Below, piece after piece: positions 38,608-50,770 of a stretch of 64,000 nt of DNA. The notes under the pieces are model-generated. The model worked only from the letters and a program-made list of their open reading frames with translations, had not been told where the DNA came from and did no database searches. Position 1 is the stretch's first letter; each line of letters begins with the position of its first letter. Origin of the DNA: Camelus dromedarius (Eukaryota); NCBI RefSeq assembly GCF_036321535.1, contig NC_087437.1, forward strand, positions 35,156,001 through 35,220,000, in the 5' to 3' direction. A program made the translations under genes and the position numbers.

Positions 38608-39639
38608 ATTAAAGTCTGACTACCAGAGATGGAGTTAAAGATGTAGCAAAACTTGGAGACTCTCTCTTCTACTTGTGTTTTATGAGTTGACATTTCCTAG
38701 AATGGTCTCTAATTCAGGCTTTAGAACTGAGTGTCCTGTTAAGCACTTGGTTGAGCATCTGATAGAAAAGCTTGTGATGAAATGAAACAGGTGTTAAATT
38801 ACTGTGAGTGAAAGGAGAGCAGGGTACGGGTATCTAGCATTTATTGGGAATGCTTACCAACTAGGAAGACACTGTCAAGGTCAGACAACCAAAAGGACCA
38901 AGAGAAGACTAGGCTAGACTTGGCCACCTGCTACTGATTACACAACTCTCATTAGAAAGGGGAAAGGAGGCCCACTAAGAGCTTCTTGATGATGAAAATA
39001 GGAGGTGCATTAAGAGAAATGCCTGTTATCCAGAGTATCAGACGCTGTGGCCTAAAAGAAACTACTGTGATTGATTGATGCTTTTCAAGTCTGAAGTGGA
39101 TGGAAAATGATGGCTGCCTGGACCCCCTGATGAAGAAATTTTAATTATAAATGATTAAAAAAGAAATAATTTTATACTCCAGGAAGTGTTCCCTGAAGAA
39201 GACAGGTAAAAATAATAGGCTATTTTTCTCTGTAGGAAAATGTAAGTAGAGGGATGGGAGTTCTGAAATGGGAATTAAACACAAGAGAACTTGCTGATGA
39301 AGACGAGTGTTGAATTGCTCTTAACGGCATACATGTTATCTATCAATTGTTTAAGAGTCAAACCACTGATTATAAACATTTAATCAAGGCCATGAAATAG
39401 ACCCTCAGCGTACGTGAATGTAACATTTTTAGTTCTACTATATTCAGATCATTCTACTGGCCTATGAAATTTATAATTTTGCTGAGCCACAAGCTTGATT
39501 TCTGAATTTGAGGTTGGAATGAAAGAGCAAGTTGCTTAATTAGGAAGTGATCTATCCAGTAAATAAGAGGTAATCTTTAAAAAGTTCTTGTTTTGTTTTG
39601 TTTTCATTTTTGTTTGTTTGTTTTCCTTTTTTTACTTAC

Positions 39640-40200
39640 ATTATCTTTATTGAGAAATAATTCACATACCATAAAAGTCATGCCTTCAAAGTTACATTTC
39701 AGTGTTTCTAGTGTATTAGCAGAGTTGTCCAACAGTAACCATTCACCCCAGAAATGTCTCTAAGCATTTACTACTTTTGGACTTTTGACGTAAATGGAAT
39801 CACACATTATGTAGTCTTTTGTGATTGGCTTCTTTTTCTTATCATAATGTTTTTAAGATTCATTCCTCCTGTAGCTTGCATTAGTATTTCATTCCCTTCT
39901 TTTGCTGAATAATATTCCATTGAATGGAACTACCCCATTTTGCTTACCCATTCATTAGTCGATGAACATTTTGGGTTGTTTTCACTCTTTGGCTATTATG
40001 AATAATGCTGCTTTGAACATTTGCATGAAAGTTTTGTATGGATATTTGTTTTCATTTCTCTTGAGGAGATATTTAGTAAAATTGTTGGGTAATGTGGTAA
40101 CTCTATGTTTAGCATTTTGAGAAACTGTTAAACTATTTTCCAAAGAGATTGCATCACTCTGTATTTTCATCAGCAATATGAGTATTCTGATATCATCTCC
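39640..40200 (-). mobile_element. L1MB/ME-type 3' fragment
   Basis: ctttattgagaaataattcacatacc...aatggaatca...ggctattatgaataatgctgct...tggtaactctatgtttagc. Confidence 0.75.
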
Positions 40201-41504
40201 ATTGTTTTTATTTTTAATTTGCCAGTAGCCCTGGTGAAAATAGGCAGGAAGTAACATAAATATTTGAAGTAGAATATGTGAATTACTTGAGTTTTATTTC
40301 ATGTTAATCTTATCTTTCATTAACATAGATAATTGTATTTAGTTGGAGGGGATAGAATGATTCCACCTTCCTATTTAGGCATTTCTTAGAGATGACAACT
40401 AGTAGGAAGGGGAAGACTTTTGTCATGAAGCTGCATTTCCATAGTGAGTATCAAAGTTTAGTTCAGGAGAGAATTAAAGAAAATTGCACGAGTTTATTTT
40501 GTCCTCTTAGTTTCAAGAAAGCTCACTGTTTCTTAAAAAGAAAAGAATCAGATTATTTTTGTTGCTGAAGAAAGTTAAGATACAATTTTAAGTAACAGGT
40601 TATCTAGGAATTTTCCTCAAACTGTTGTGTGAGAATGATCAATTCCAGGTCATCAGGGTGAAAGTTATTTTTACTGCAGTGGCAGTTTGGATGTCACACA
40701 GTTTTGCAGAGGGTATACTCAAAAGTCTCTTTGAGAGCTTTGGAAACTGCAAACCTAAATTTAAATCCTTCTAAAAACTAAGGACATTACAGGTCCCAGA
40801 GTGGGACTCATTGAAGTTAGCAAGAAAGGACCTGGTTTTGGGAAACAAAGACCAGAACTGTGAATTTGGACCCATGGTAGCGCCTAATGGTGGCTCTGAA
40901 GCTGCAAGGAATCCTGGAGCACAGATTTGTGTTCTTTGATGTCTATAAGCAGGACAAGTCTTTTCATTCAGCAGTATATCAGCATTTGTGTCCTCCATTT
41001 GAGGCATCTGGCACTGAGGCCGTCTCTAAGTTTAGAAGCTGCAGAGACGAGAGGATACTATCCTTTCCCCGTTTGCCCCACTCTCCGCAGGCATTTGAGG
41101 GATAGACAAATGAATAAATGTGAAACCCTCCTTCTGAATCAATAATGGTAAAGGAAGGAGCAATTAAGAGGTAGATCAATAGCTGAAACGAAATGAGAAT
41201 AGCTGAAACGAATTTCTCTTTACCTTGGAAAAATGTCTTACATTAAGACAAACTGTTTTTTCCTTTTCTGCTTTGGGTTTTTATCATTTACACTGAAACA
41301 AGGTAGGAGTTTGAGTCACTGTATCTCAGTTATACTACATTTTCTTTGCTCTAAATCTTCTATAGTGGGATTTTTCTTTCATAGTATCTTATTTTTGATT
41401 TTTTGAATTCAATGATTGGCTTTACAAGTGGTCAGGCATTCCTAGGTATAGACCGTCTTGCAGTGTGTACTCCTCCGAGTCTGCAAAAATCATGCTTTTC
41501 CTGA

Positions 41505-41770
41505 TTCAAAGATTTAAATAAATGGATCAGAAGCCTTAATATTAAGATGGCATACTACCCAAATGTCTGTACAGATTCAATCTGTAGAAAGGGATAGCAA
41601 TCCTTAGCGAAATTTTAGCTGCCTTTTTCACAGACATTGACAAGCTGATTCTAAAAGTCATATGAAGATACAAGGGACCCAGAAAAGTCAAAACAATCTT
41701 TTAAAAAGCACAAAATTGGAAAACCAACACTTCCTCATTTCAAAACTTATTACAATAAAGCTACAGATAA
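41505..41770 (+). mobile_element. L1 ORF2 internal fragment
   Basis: ttaagatggc...tacagattcaat...ttgacaagctgattctaaaa...caagggacccagaa...ttcaaaacttattaca..aagctacag. Confidence 0.7.
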
Positions 41771-44151
41771 TTTAAAAATGATCTTCTATGGAGACATAGA
41801 ACAAAGTTTTCTGATCTTGGTAGATTTCAAGACAATTTCAAAGCCTTGAATTTTTAAACAAGACTGAAGCTCATTTAAAAAAGCTGAGACATTCTTAAGG
41901 GAGAATGATAAAATTTCCCAACCAAGGACTATAAGATTGAAGACTTCAGTTCGGTATTATGGCCACCAGAGAAGAGAAGGAGGAAGAGAGAGGGAAAATG
42001 AAGATGGGGAGAGATGCAAGCAGACTGTTCTCCCCTAAAATGAAGAGAAGGATAAAAAAAAAGGCTCATCTAGGGAGAGACAGGAGAGAATGAGAGATGG
42101 GAGGGAGGATTTAGCAGAAATGTGCTCAAGTGTTACTGTGCTTTTTAACCATCCTAATAAACAATACAGTATGAGGGAAGGTTTCTTTTTCCTGTACCTC
42201 TTGTGAAGGATGGGATGACCATTCTACCCACCCTCCCTGCATCCTTTTAAAATATCACTTGCTGCCCTTTTGGTTGACTTTTTTTTTTTTTTTTGTCCAT
42301 GAGAAAGTGACTAATCTTTGAAGAAATGTCTGTCCTCTCTAGCTATCTCAAATAGTATTCATAACTTGACTGGGAAATATTTTTCCTATTCTTATCTAAT
42401 AAAGTTTTTGTTTATTTTCTCCAATTCTGGTCGCTTAACACCTATGCAAGGCATGTGTTAGGTATTAGAAATATACTTTTCAACTTAGCTGTTGGATCAT
42501 TTAATTTAAATTTAACACAAAAGCTGCTTGGTTGGCTCACTGCTGGTTTCAGGAGATATCTGGTTATCTAGATTACCTGGCTATTGGAGAGTTAGTCCTA
42601 TTGATATGCTGAGTAAGATGATGCTTGTAAGAGTCTTTCTCATTGTCTTGCACATGGCAGGTGCTCAGTGGTTATTTGTTTTCTTCCTTAATAGTGAAGT
42701 TGAAATGGAAGTGTTGTTAAATGGCAAAATTACAATCTAAAATGAAATGAGTTAACTAAGGCTCTGAGTTTCTTTCTGAGTAAATTTCATGTTCATATAC
42801 ACAGATAGCCTAGTTAGGATCCAACTAAAATTAAATATTCAAAAAATTTCGCAACACTAATTTAATTTAATGTTTCATATTTGCATCCATGGCTTACCAC
42901 ACTTTATATTTTCTCTATTTTTAAATGTCCCTTAGGTATCAATAGCAAGTGTTTTAGGTATAAAATACAGTTCCTTCTGATCTGAAGACCAACCTGTGTC
43001 TTTGCAGTCTTGTGGGATCCTCCATAATAGAACAAATCATTTCAGGTTATTCTGGAAAGTTACAAAATGTTATTACAGCTATGAAGACCTATGATGATCT
43101 CATTCACTTGCTAATTTATCCAATTAATATTTATTGAGCACTTATGTATGGCTGTACCCACTCTGGCATTCCAAAGTGACGAACACAGGCTACCTTCCTC
43201 CCTTAACAGAGTTTTTTTTTTTTTTTTTTTTTTTTCTTGTGATGGTAAATTAGTTGAGCAATTCTGACTCCCTTCCAAGCCTGTCTTAGGTACCATAGTT
43301 TTGAAGGATTTATTTTAAACAACAGTCATGCCATTGAAGGGAGCCAGGTGAAGCTGCTCTGAAAGAGAGACGTCTTGAAGATCTCTGTCTTCCTCTTTTT
43401 GAAGACTGTCATACTTACATCTCCTAAAAAGACTGTAGGCGAGATTCTTAAAACATAGGCTGATAAGAAGTTAAACCAAAAGATTTCCAAGGCGTCTTTC
43501 ATACTTAGGATTTGGTGAATTGGTGATAAACCAAGGAAGAGGGATCTCTCCAAAATGATCCCAGAAAAACACAGAAGTCCCCCTAAAAAAGTGCCACTTA
43601 ATTCTATGTAAGTGTACTGAGCTCTAAGGAGCAGGCAGCTATGGGTTCTGTCTATCACACTATTGGCCCTCGTTCATCCTTTACCATTTTGAGCAAAGAA
43701 AATCTGGAGACTAACGGAAAAGCATTATGGATCATTTATTGATCTCTGCTTCTCACTGTGAACTGAAGCTAGAGACTTGTTAAGCTAAATGAGCTCAACT
43801 GAGACTCCAGCTGTCAACATTTATGCAGAACCTGCACGTTTACCTCTGGGTCTGCAGCGGTTTTCTTCTGACCAGGCATAAACATTGCACATGGACAGTT
43901 TTGACCTGGGTAGTTATTTAAAAACTTAAGTATGACCTTTTTTTTTTTTAAAGTGAATATATCAACTTGTGTTATTTGCATTTCAGAAATAAATACGTTT
44001 AGAATGTATTATTACAAAGTGTTTTTCTACTTCACATTTGGTAACATTTCCTCATGATCAGTAAGTATAATTGTAACTTCCTGCTTTGCTGAGTGGGCAG
44101 TGTTAATTTCACTTCAGTGTCCTCTGTGGTTGTAGGGATGAATGTTATAGG

Positions 44152-44268
44152 GCAGTGGTTTTCAAAGTGTGGTCTTGAGACCAAGAGCATTAGCCTCGCC
44201 TAGGGACTTGTTAGAAATTCCCCCTGCTCCCGGTGGTTCTGATGCATACTCAAATTTGAGATCCCTGT
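44152..44268. mobile_element. MER5A-type relic (internally deleted)
   Basis: cagtggttttcaaagtgtggtc...acttgttagaaat...ggttctgatgca..ctcaaatttgaga. Confidence 0.6.
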
Positions 44269-44719
44269 AGTAGGAAGATGAGCCTTAGATCAGTAATTTT
44301 ATTATTCTGAGATTCCGACACATCCTTTGGAGGCATTGGGGTGAATCACTGGGCTAGATGAGTGAAACTTTCTTGGAGATGGTCAGTTATGTTGGAGTCA
44401 TGTCCTGACCCTGTGACCTTTTTAGGATACTGGTTAATCAATATTTGTAAAGTTCTGTTGTCTTTGCATTTACTACAGATGTACTGATAGCTCCAACCAC
44501 TACTACGAGTTAGACAGAAATAGGAGAAGATGAACGTTGTTTTACAATCTTGGGCAAGCTTCTGGTTGCAGACCTTTCCTAGAAAAGTAAAATGTTCTAC
44601 TCTTTTCTGAAATAAAGGCTTTAGTCTTACTGTACAATGCCTTGCACTTGGGATTTCTCAAAGGGAAGCCACCCATTGACAGGCATTGAGAAAAGACATT
44701 GCAGTGGTTGGGGTGCTCA

Positions 44720-44945
44720 TGCGGACTTTGAAGCTAGGCTACCTGGGTACAAATGCTGGCTTGGCTACTTCTCTGTGTGTGACCTTAGGAAAGTTCCTTT
44801 ACTACTCTTGGTCAGTTTCTTCGTTTGTAAATCAGGCTGATAATCATGTCTACCTTTTACTAAGTTTGAAGCATGTAATGAGTTAATACATGTTGAATTC
44901 CTGACACTTGATAAATACTCAATAAATGTTAGATATTACTATTAT
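44720..44945. mobile_element. MIR SINE
   Basis: ggactttgaagc...ctgtgtgtgaccttagg...cagtttcttcgtttgtaaa...actcaataaatgttag. Confidence 0.65.
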
Positions 44946-45644
44946 GACTATTGTGTATGTATATGACATATTGTGTAGTTGTATGACTACAGCTGTGAAG
45001 ATAACTTATTAGAACAATAAGTGAGACTGGGAAATATATATAATCTGTCAGATAGAGACAAACTAAAGAGTGAGACACACACAGGTTTGATTTCTTTGCG
45101 TGCATCTTATGGCAAGTAATTTAGCCACTCCTGAGCCTCGATTTTCTTATCTGTAAGATGGAGATAGTGCTTTCTGCTTTACAGGGCAGTTGGGAGCAGA
45201 AACAAGAACGTTTTGGAAGAGGCTGGTATACTCAATACAAAATGGTATCATTCTTTTTATTGCTGCTTGCTTTTTTCAAACTGAATTTTAAATAGCAACT
45301 TCCCTTTCCTATGGAAATCCAGGGAGTCTGATTTAGACGAAATGTGTATATGCTGTGGAATGTCCCATATGCCACTTTGCTATTAGAATATGACTCATTA
45401 TTTCTAAACTTAGTGTTGCTTTATTTGTATGCTATTTGCTTTTCTCAGAAATCCCTATGTTCAGATCAATCATAAACTTTAGATAATAAAGGAAAGTAAC
45501 CTCAATTTAGTGCTTTTTTTAAGCCACCACAAGTCACTAAAATAAGGTGTCTGACCAAGCAGTGACATAAAAAGGAGTAATATTTTGGTAAGCAACTGTG
45601 GCATTTTACATTTGTACAAAGCTCTTCTTTTACAAGGGTTTTTA

Positions 45645-46060
45645 AATTTTATTATCCTTTCTATTGAGGTATAGTTTACATATGGTGAAAGGTATAGCTC
45701 TTAAGTGTGCATTCAATCATTCTTGACAAATGTGTAGACTTCTGTCAAGGTATAGAGCATTTCCATCACCCTAGAAAGTTTCCCCATGCCCCTTCTCAGT
45801 CAGCTCCTCATGTAACCACTATCCTATTTCCTATCACTGTTGGTTAGCTTTTCTTGCTAGAAAACTTCATATAAATTGAATGATGCAGTCTTTTATGTCT
45901 GTCTTTTTTCCCCTTAGTATAATGTTTTTGAGAGTTGTCTCAGTTGTTGCACATATAGTTTGTTCTTTTTGGTTGCTAAATACCATTCTATTGTATGAAT
46001 GCGTCTCAGTCTGTTTGTCCCCTTTCCTGTTGAGGAACACCTAGGCTGCTTCCATTAGTT
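45645..46060 (-). mobile_element. L1ME-type 3' fragment
   Basis: attgaggtatagtttacata...catttccatcaccctagaaagtt...aacttcatataaattgaat. Confidence 0.65.
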
Positions 46061-48679
46061 CTTTTCATCATCAATGTAATGATATAAAAGAAGCAGAAGG
46101 TTCTATTATCTCCATTTTCCAGACTTGAAAGCTGGGGCTCAGAGAAATGAGACAATGGAAGGTCCCACTGCTGGCAAATGATGAATTCGAGAGGAGAATC
46201 TGGTCTGCTAGTTTCAGAGCCTCTGTTTTCCTTCCATTCGTACGAGGCCACTTTGTTTCTGGCCTTTACCAGGAGTTCTGCCCTCTCTGACTCCAGGGTT
46301 CTATTGAACTCTGCCTTCTCTTTGATTGAGAAAGACCCAAAACAGCAAAATTCAGGAATTCAGCCCTACTCTGAGGTAGCTTTTGGTAAAGCCTTGGTTT
46401 CTCAGGTGGAGTGAATGAATTTCTGAAGCTGGCCCAAGGGTGAACCAGAGCGGGGATCTGGGTGACACTGGGTTAGATCATATATCTTTAGATCTGTTCA
46501 GATATTCCGAAGATGCTGTAGGAGAGAAGCTTTGTCTTCCAGAGTGCAAAGGGAAACAGGATGGACATGGAGGACAGGCTTCTGTTACATCCCATCTCAG
46601 CCACACATGAGCTGTGGGAGCTCAGGCAACTCCCTCTGGAAGATTTCTCCATCTGAGTCTGTTTCTCCCTCTGGAAAGTGGTAGTTTAATTCTTCCCTCC
46701 TGGATTCCAGTGAGGAAGTTCCTGACACCGACCTGCTCGTTCTGTGCTGTGTTAAGAGTGGGCTTCAGGGAGCATGACAATGTGCTGTTGACCTGCTATG
46801 GGATTTCCACTGTGTGGAAAACTAGCCCTCCCCTTTGTCTCTGAAGACACTAATTCATAATTTTTAGAGTGTGAATAGAGACAAGAGAGTTCATTTGTCA
46901 ATGGAGTCCTCACAAAAATAAAGCAAGGGAGGGGCCCCGAGGGACTCGTTTGCCTTGAGAGCTGGGGAAGTGAATACAGCTAAATGTGTCCTGTGAAGAC
47001 ACTCTTTTCTCATCCCTTCTCAAGAAGGATGCAGCCTCTTCAGGAGGATACCCCTTGTTCAGGATGCTGATTGGGCTGTCCCAGTAAAGAAGGCCTGTAG
47101 GAAAAACAAAAGGAGAAAGCATTTTACTACCAGGCTCCCATCACCCATTCCTGCCCTGTTAGGGATTTAGTAATGTCTCTGGGCCTCAGTCTTTCCATCT
47201 GTGACGCTTAAATAGCACTCTGACACACACCTCAGGATGGATGTGAAATTGGATGAGTTCAGTTTTCTAATAATTTACAGGGATATAAAGGTTTTGGTTA
47301 AAAGATAGTATTTACATACTGAATACTATGTAGTTTGAGGTCAAGTGTGCCGTCTAAGAAAACCTCACAATCTCTGAGAAGATTTGATATGTGATGACTT
47401 AATAGTAGGACACATTGAACTGCGGTCAAAGCAAAAATTGGGAGGACTCTTACAAGAACCTAGGGTTAGATGATTCCCTTGGTTACTAAGAGTTTTGGAA
47501 GGAAATGTCAAACGGTTCATGACATTATTGAACTTGTCTTCAACCGAGATTGAAAAAAGCTGATTGCAAGTGTCTCACCGAGCACTCACTGCTCTGCACA
47601 CCAGCCTTGCTTCCTAGCATTTACCCTAATGTTTCCCAGGTTCCCAAGGAAAGGACACACTTCTGCAGGCTCTGCATGTGCTTAGAGGGGGGAAAACAAT
47701 CCAAGTAGTCTAGAAGTCAGAGCACTTGCGAAGTTTTTATGCAGGAAACTGAATGCTAGGCTTCCTTTATGGCTTTCCATAATTGGCATTTAAACACAGT
47801 CATTCTGCTGACTCAGCTTTATAATGGAACAGATCCCTTATGTGTAGGAGGAAGAAGGAATGAATATGCCTCAAATGTGGGGTGGCTCTTTACGTGAAGA
47901 ACATTTGAGAGGAAAGAGATGACCATTAGACAAAGTTGAAATAAGTTACAAGGGCTAAGAGTAGGGTAGCGAAAAAGACATCCCATGCAGTGGAGGTTTA
48001 TGTGACAATTGTTTGGTTTGGGCTTTTTGCTGGAAAACATTTTCTTTCAGAGTTTACATTATTTAATGTGTTACTTTCAAGTGTTTTGCATAATTTCCAG
48101 ATTTATTTATATATCTGTCTCCCTTCTAGGCATAAAGAAAAAGACACTGAATTTCAGATGATGACTGGACATCCAATTTTAGCCACTTCTTTAAAAGGTA
48201 ACATTTATTGAGTGCTTTTTTATGTGCCAGGCACTGAAATAATTACTTTTATATATATTGTTTTATTTGACTCTCATAATGATCATATAAGAAAAGTATT
48301 ATAATAATAATAATGTAGTAATAGTGTAATTATTATTATTACATTATTATTATGTCAGAGATGAGGAAACCAAGGCAAGAAGTTGTCAAGTTTAGGCAAT
48401 TATAAGTAGCAGATGTCAAAGACAGAGCATTTGACTATGGCTTTATACTTTATTGAACTTTACCCTGTATTGAATTTCTTGATGGTGAAAGTCCCATCTC
48501 ATCCCTCTTGGTACCTTGGTACCTCAAGCACTCAGTTCCATGTCTTTAATACAATGTTTGTTGAATGATTTACAGAACCCAAACATCTTTAAAGGGAATT
48601 TTGCAAAACTACTTGTATCCTCAGATCTTTTCCCCACCATGAACATAATCAAGAGGTGGAGATATTCAGGGAAAATTTG

Positions 48680-49440
48680 GAATCCCATTTGGAAAGATTA
48701 GCTTTGAGATGCCAATTAGACACCCAAATGTGGATGTTGGTTAAATAATAATATTTATGGGGCCAGAGCATAAGGGAGAAGTCAGAGCTGGAGACAAAAA
48801 TATCATTATCTTCAGTGAATAGATGGCACTGAAAATCACGGGCCTGGATGAGATCTTTGATGGGCTGGGGTTTGGGGTGGAAGAGAAGAGAACTGAAGAC
48901 TCAGCCCTGGGCTTCCATAATTAGCAGCTGGGCATAGAAGAAGACAAAGTGAGTTGGAACAGACGAACGAGGAGTGAGGAACCATGGATGCTAAGAGAAG
49001 AAAGTGCTTTGGGAAGATGAATGTGGACAGCTATGTCCACATGCAGTTGGATGAGGACAAAGAACTGACCACTGGGTTTGGTGTGGTTGAAGGTCCTTGA
49101 TGAGCGTTGTTTCATGGACACCGTGGGGACGAAAGATGATTAGAGTAGTGGGAGAGAGAATGGAAAGCAAGGATTAGTCAATCCTTTAGCATTTTGCTGT
49201 AAAGAGGAGATAAGGGATGGGGTGAAGCTGGATGAGGATATAAGGTCAAGGGAGAGATTTTTTTTTTTTAAATAGGTGATATTAAGGTATATTTTATGCT
49301 CAAGGGAATGATCTAGTAGTAGGGGAGAAACTGAAGATGCAGGAGAGAATCACTGGAGTGATGTCCTTGAGGAGGCAAAGAGCGGAGGGGACCAGGGCTC
49401 CAATAGAGGAGTGGAGCTTCTCCCATATTCCAGGAGCAAA
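48680..49440 (-). mobile_element. L2 internal fragment
   Basis: tttgagatgcc..tagaca, ggatgagatc, gagaagagaactgaagactcagccctggg, tgaccactgg and ttttgctgtaaag motifs. Confidence 0.7.
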
Positions 49441-50239
49441 GGCAGAATATATGATGCTGATGATAACATTCCTCCTTTACGTTCAAATTATTAAACTCTC
49501 AAGAGCTGATGGGGTTTGCTTATGCCAACTGATACAAGTTTATTCTTTTGAATAAATATATACACAAAAAATATTCAGTCAGAAGCTGATGTGAGCATAA
49601 AGTAAAATTTAATAGTCAAAGGTGATTTCATTATCAGACCCGCTTTTAATATGGAACTTTAAACTGCTTGCTATTTTCTACAGCTGTTATCTCAGATTAA
49701 AGGAAGAAATTTGCCCTAAAAGTAAGTGCAGCAAGAACTTTACTAAAATGGTAAAATGTGAAAGTTTTCAAATCAAGAAATGTGTCTTCTGATTTTGCTT
49801 AAAGAATTTAAGTATTCGTGGAAGCAAGAGGCATAATGGTATCTATAATCAACTGTTGTAACTTCTGTGTACTGAGAACCTCTCCTATTCCTGGCACTTT
49901 TCAAACATTCTTGCTGATCTTTACAACACAGCAAACAAAGTGGTTTTATTGTGGCTTGACAAGTGAGAGAACTGCTAGTGAGGTTCTGGAAGGTTTAATG
50001 ATTTGCTCAAGGTCACCCAGCAGGTAAAGTGAGATTTAAATTAAAGCTCATTCGACATTCAGACTTGCTTTCCCTCATACATTGCCTTGATATAGTAAAT
50101 GTTTTGATATAAGTAATATCCCTGTTTCACATGGGAAAAACATTTGGCTCAAAATACTCCTCTATTTTTCTTCTGGTCTAGTGCATAAATATGGCTAAAA
50201 GGAAGGAAGGAGGAAAACCTGGGTAAAACTAGAGAGGAT

Positions 50240-50770
50240 GGTCTCATGAACTCTTGTATCCCGTGTTCTACCTTCAATAGATTGACTCCTGGCCAATCTT
50301 GTTTTATCTCTATCCAATCTGGTTTTCTCTCGCTTGACACTAGATTATTTTGAAGCAAATCCCAGACATCATATCATGTCATCCATTAGTCTACTTCTAA
50401 AAGATAAAGATTATTTTTAAAATGTGACTTCAACGGTATTACTATATGTAAAAAATTAACAATAATTCCTTAGATTTGCTGAATAGCCAGTCAGTCTTCC
50501 AGACACCCCAACTGTGTCATGAGTGATGTTATATTCAGCTTGCTCCATTCCAAGCAGGGGCTTTACAGTCTAGCTGGTTGAATGGTTTCTGAAGTTTCTG
50601 TTTCTACAGCCTCCTTTTTCCCTCCCCTGGCAATTTGTTTGTTATTTGTCCTGTCCAGTTTCCACATTCTGGATTTTTGCTGATTGTATCACGGGGCTTT
50701 GGTTTAACATGTTTTTCTGACTTGATGTTTCTTGGAAATTGATGACTGCTTGATCAGATTCAGCAGTTTG
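50240..50770 (-). mobile_element. L1MC4/5-type 3' UTR fragment
   Basis: ttattttgaagcaaatcccagacatcatatcat, ctaaaagataa, aaaattaacaataattcctta, ttccacattctggattt motifs. Confidence 0.65.

Noticed and set aside
38406..38693. KERK/GRK-repeat and FLPFL-repeat ORFs
   Set aside because: They are translations of the purine microsatellite.
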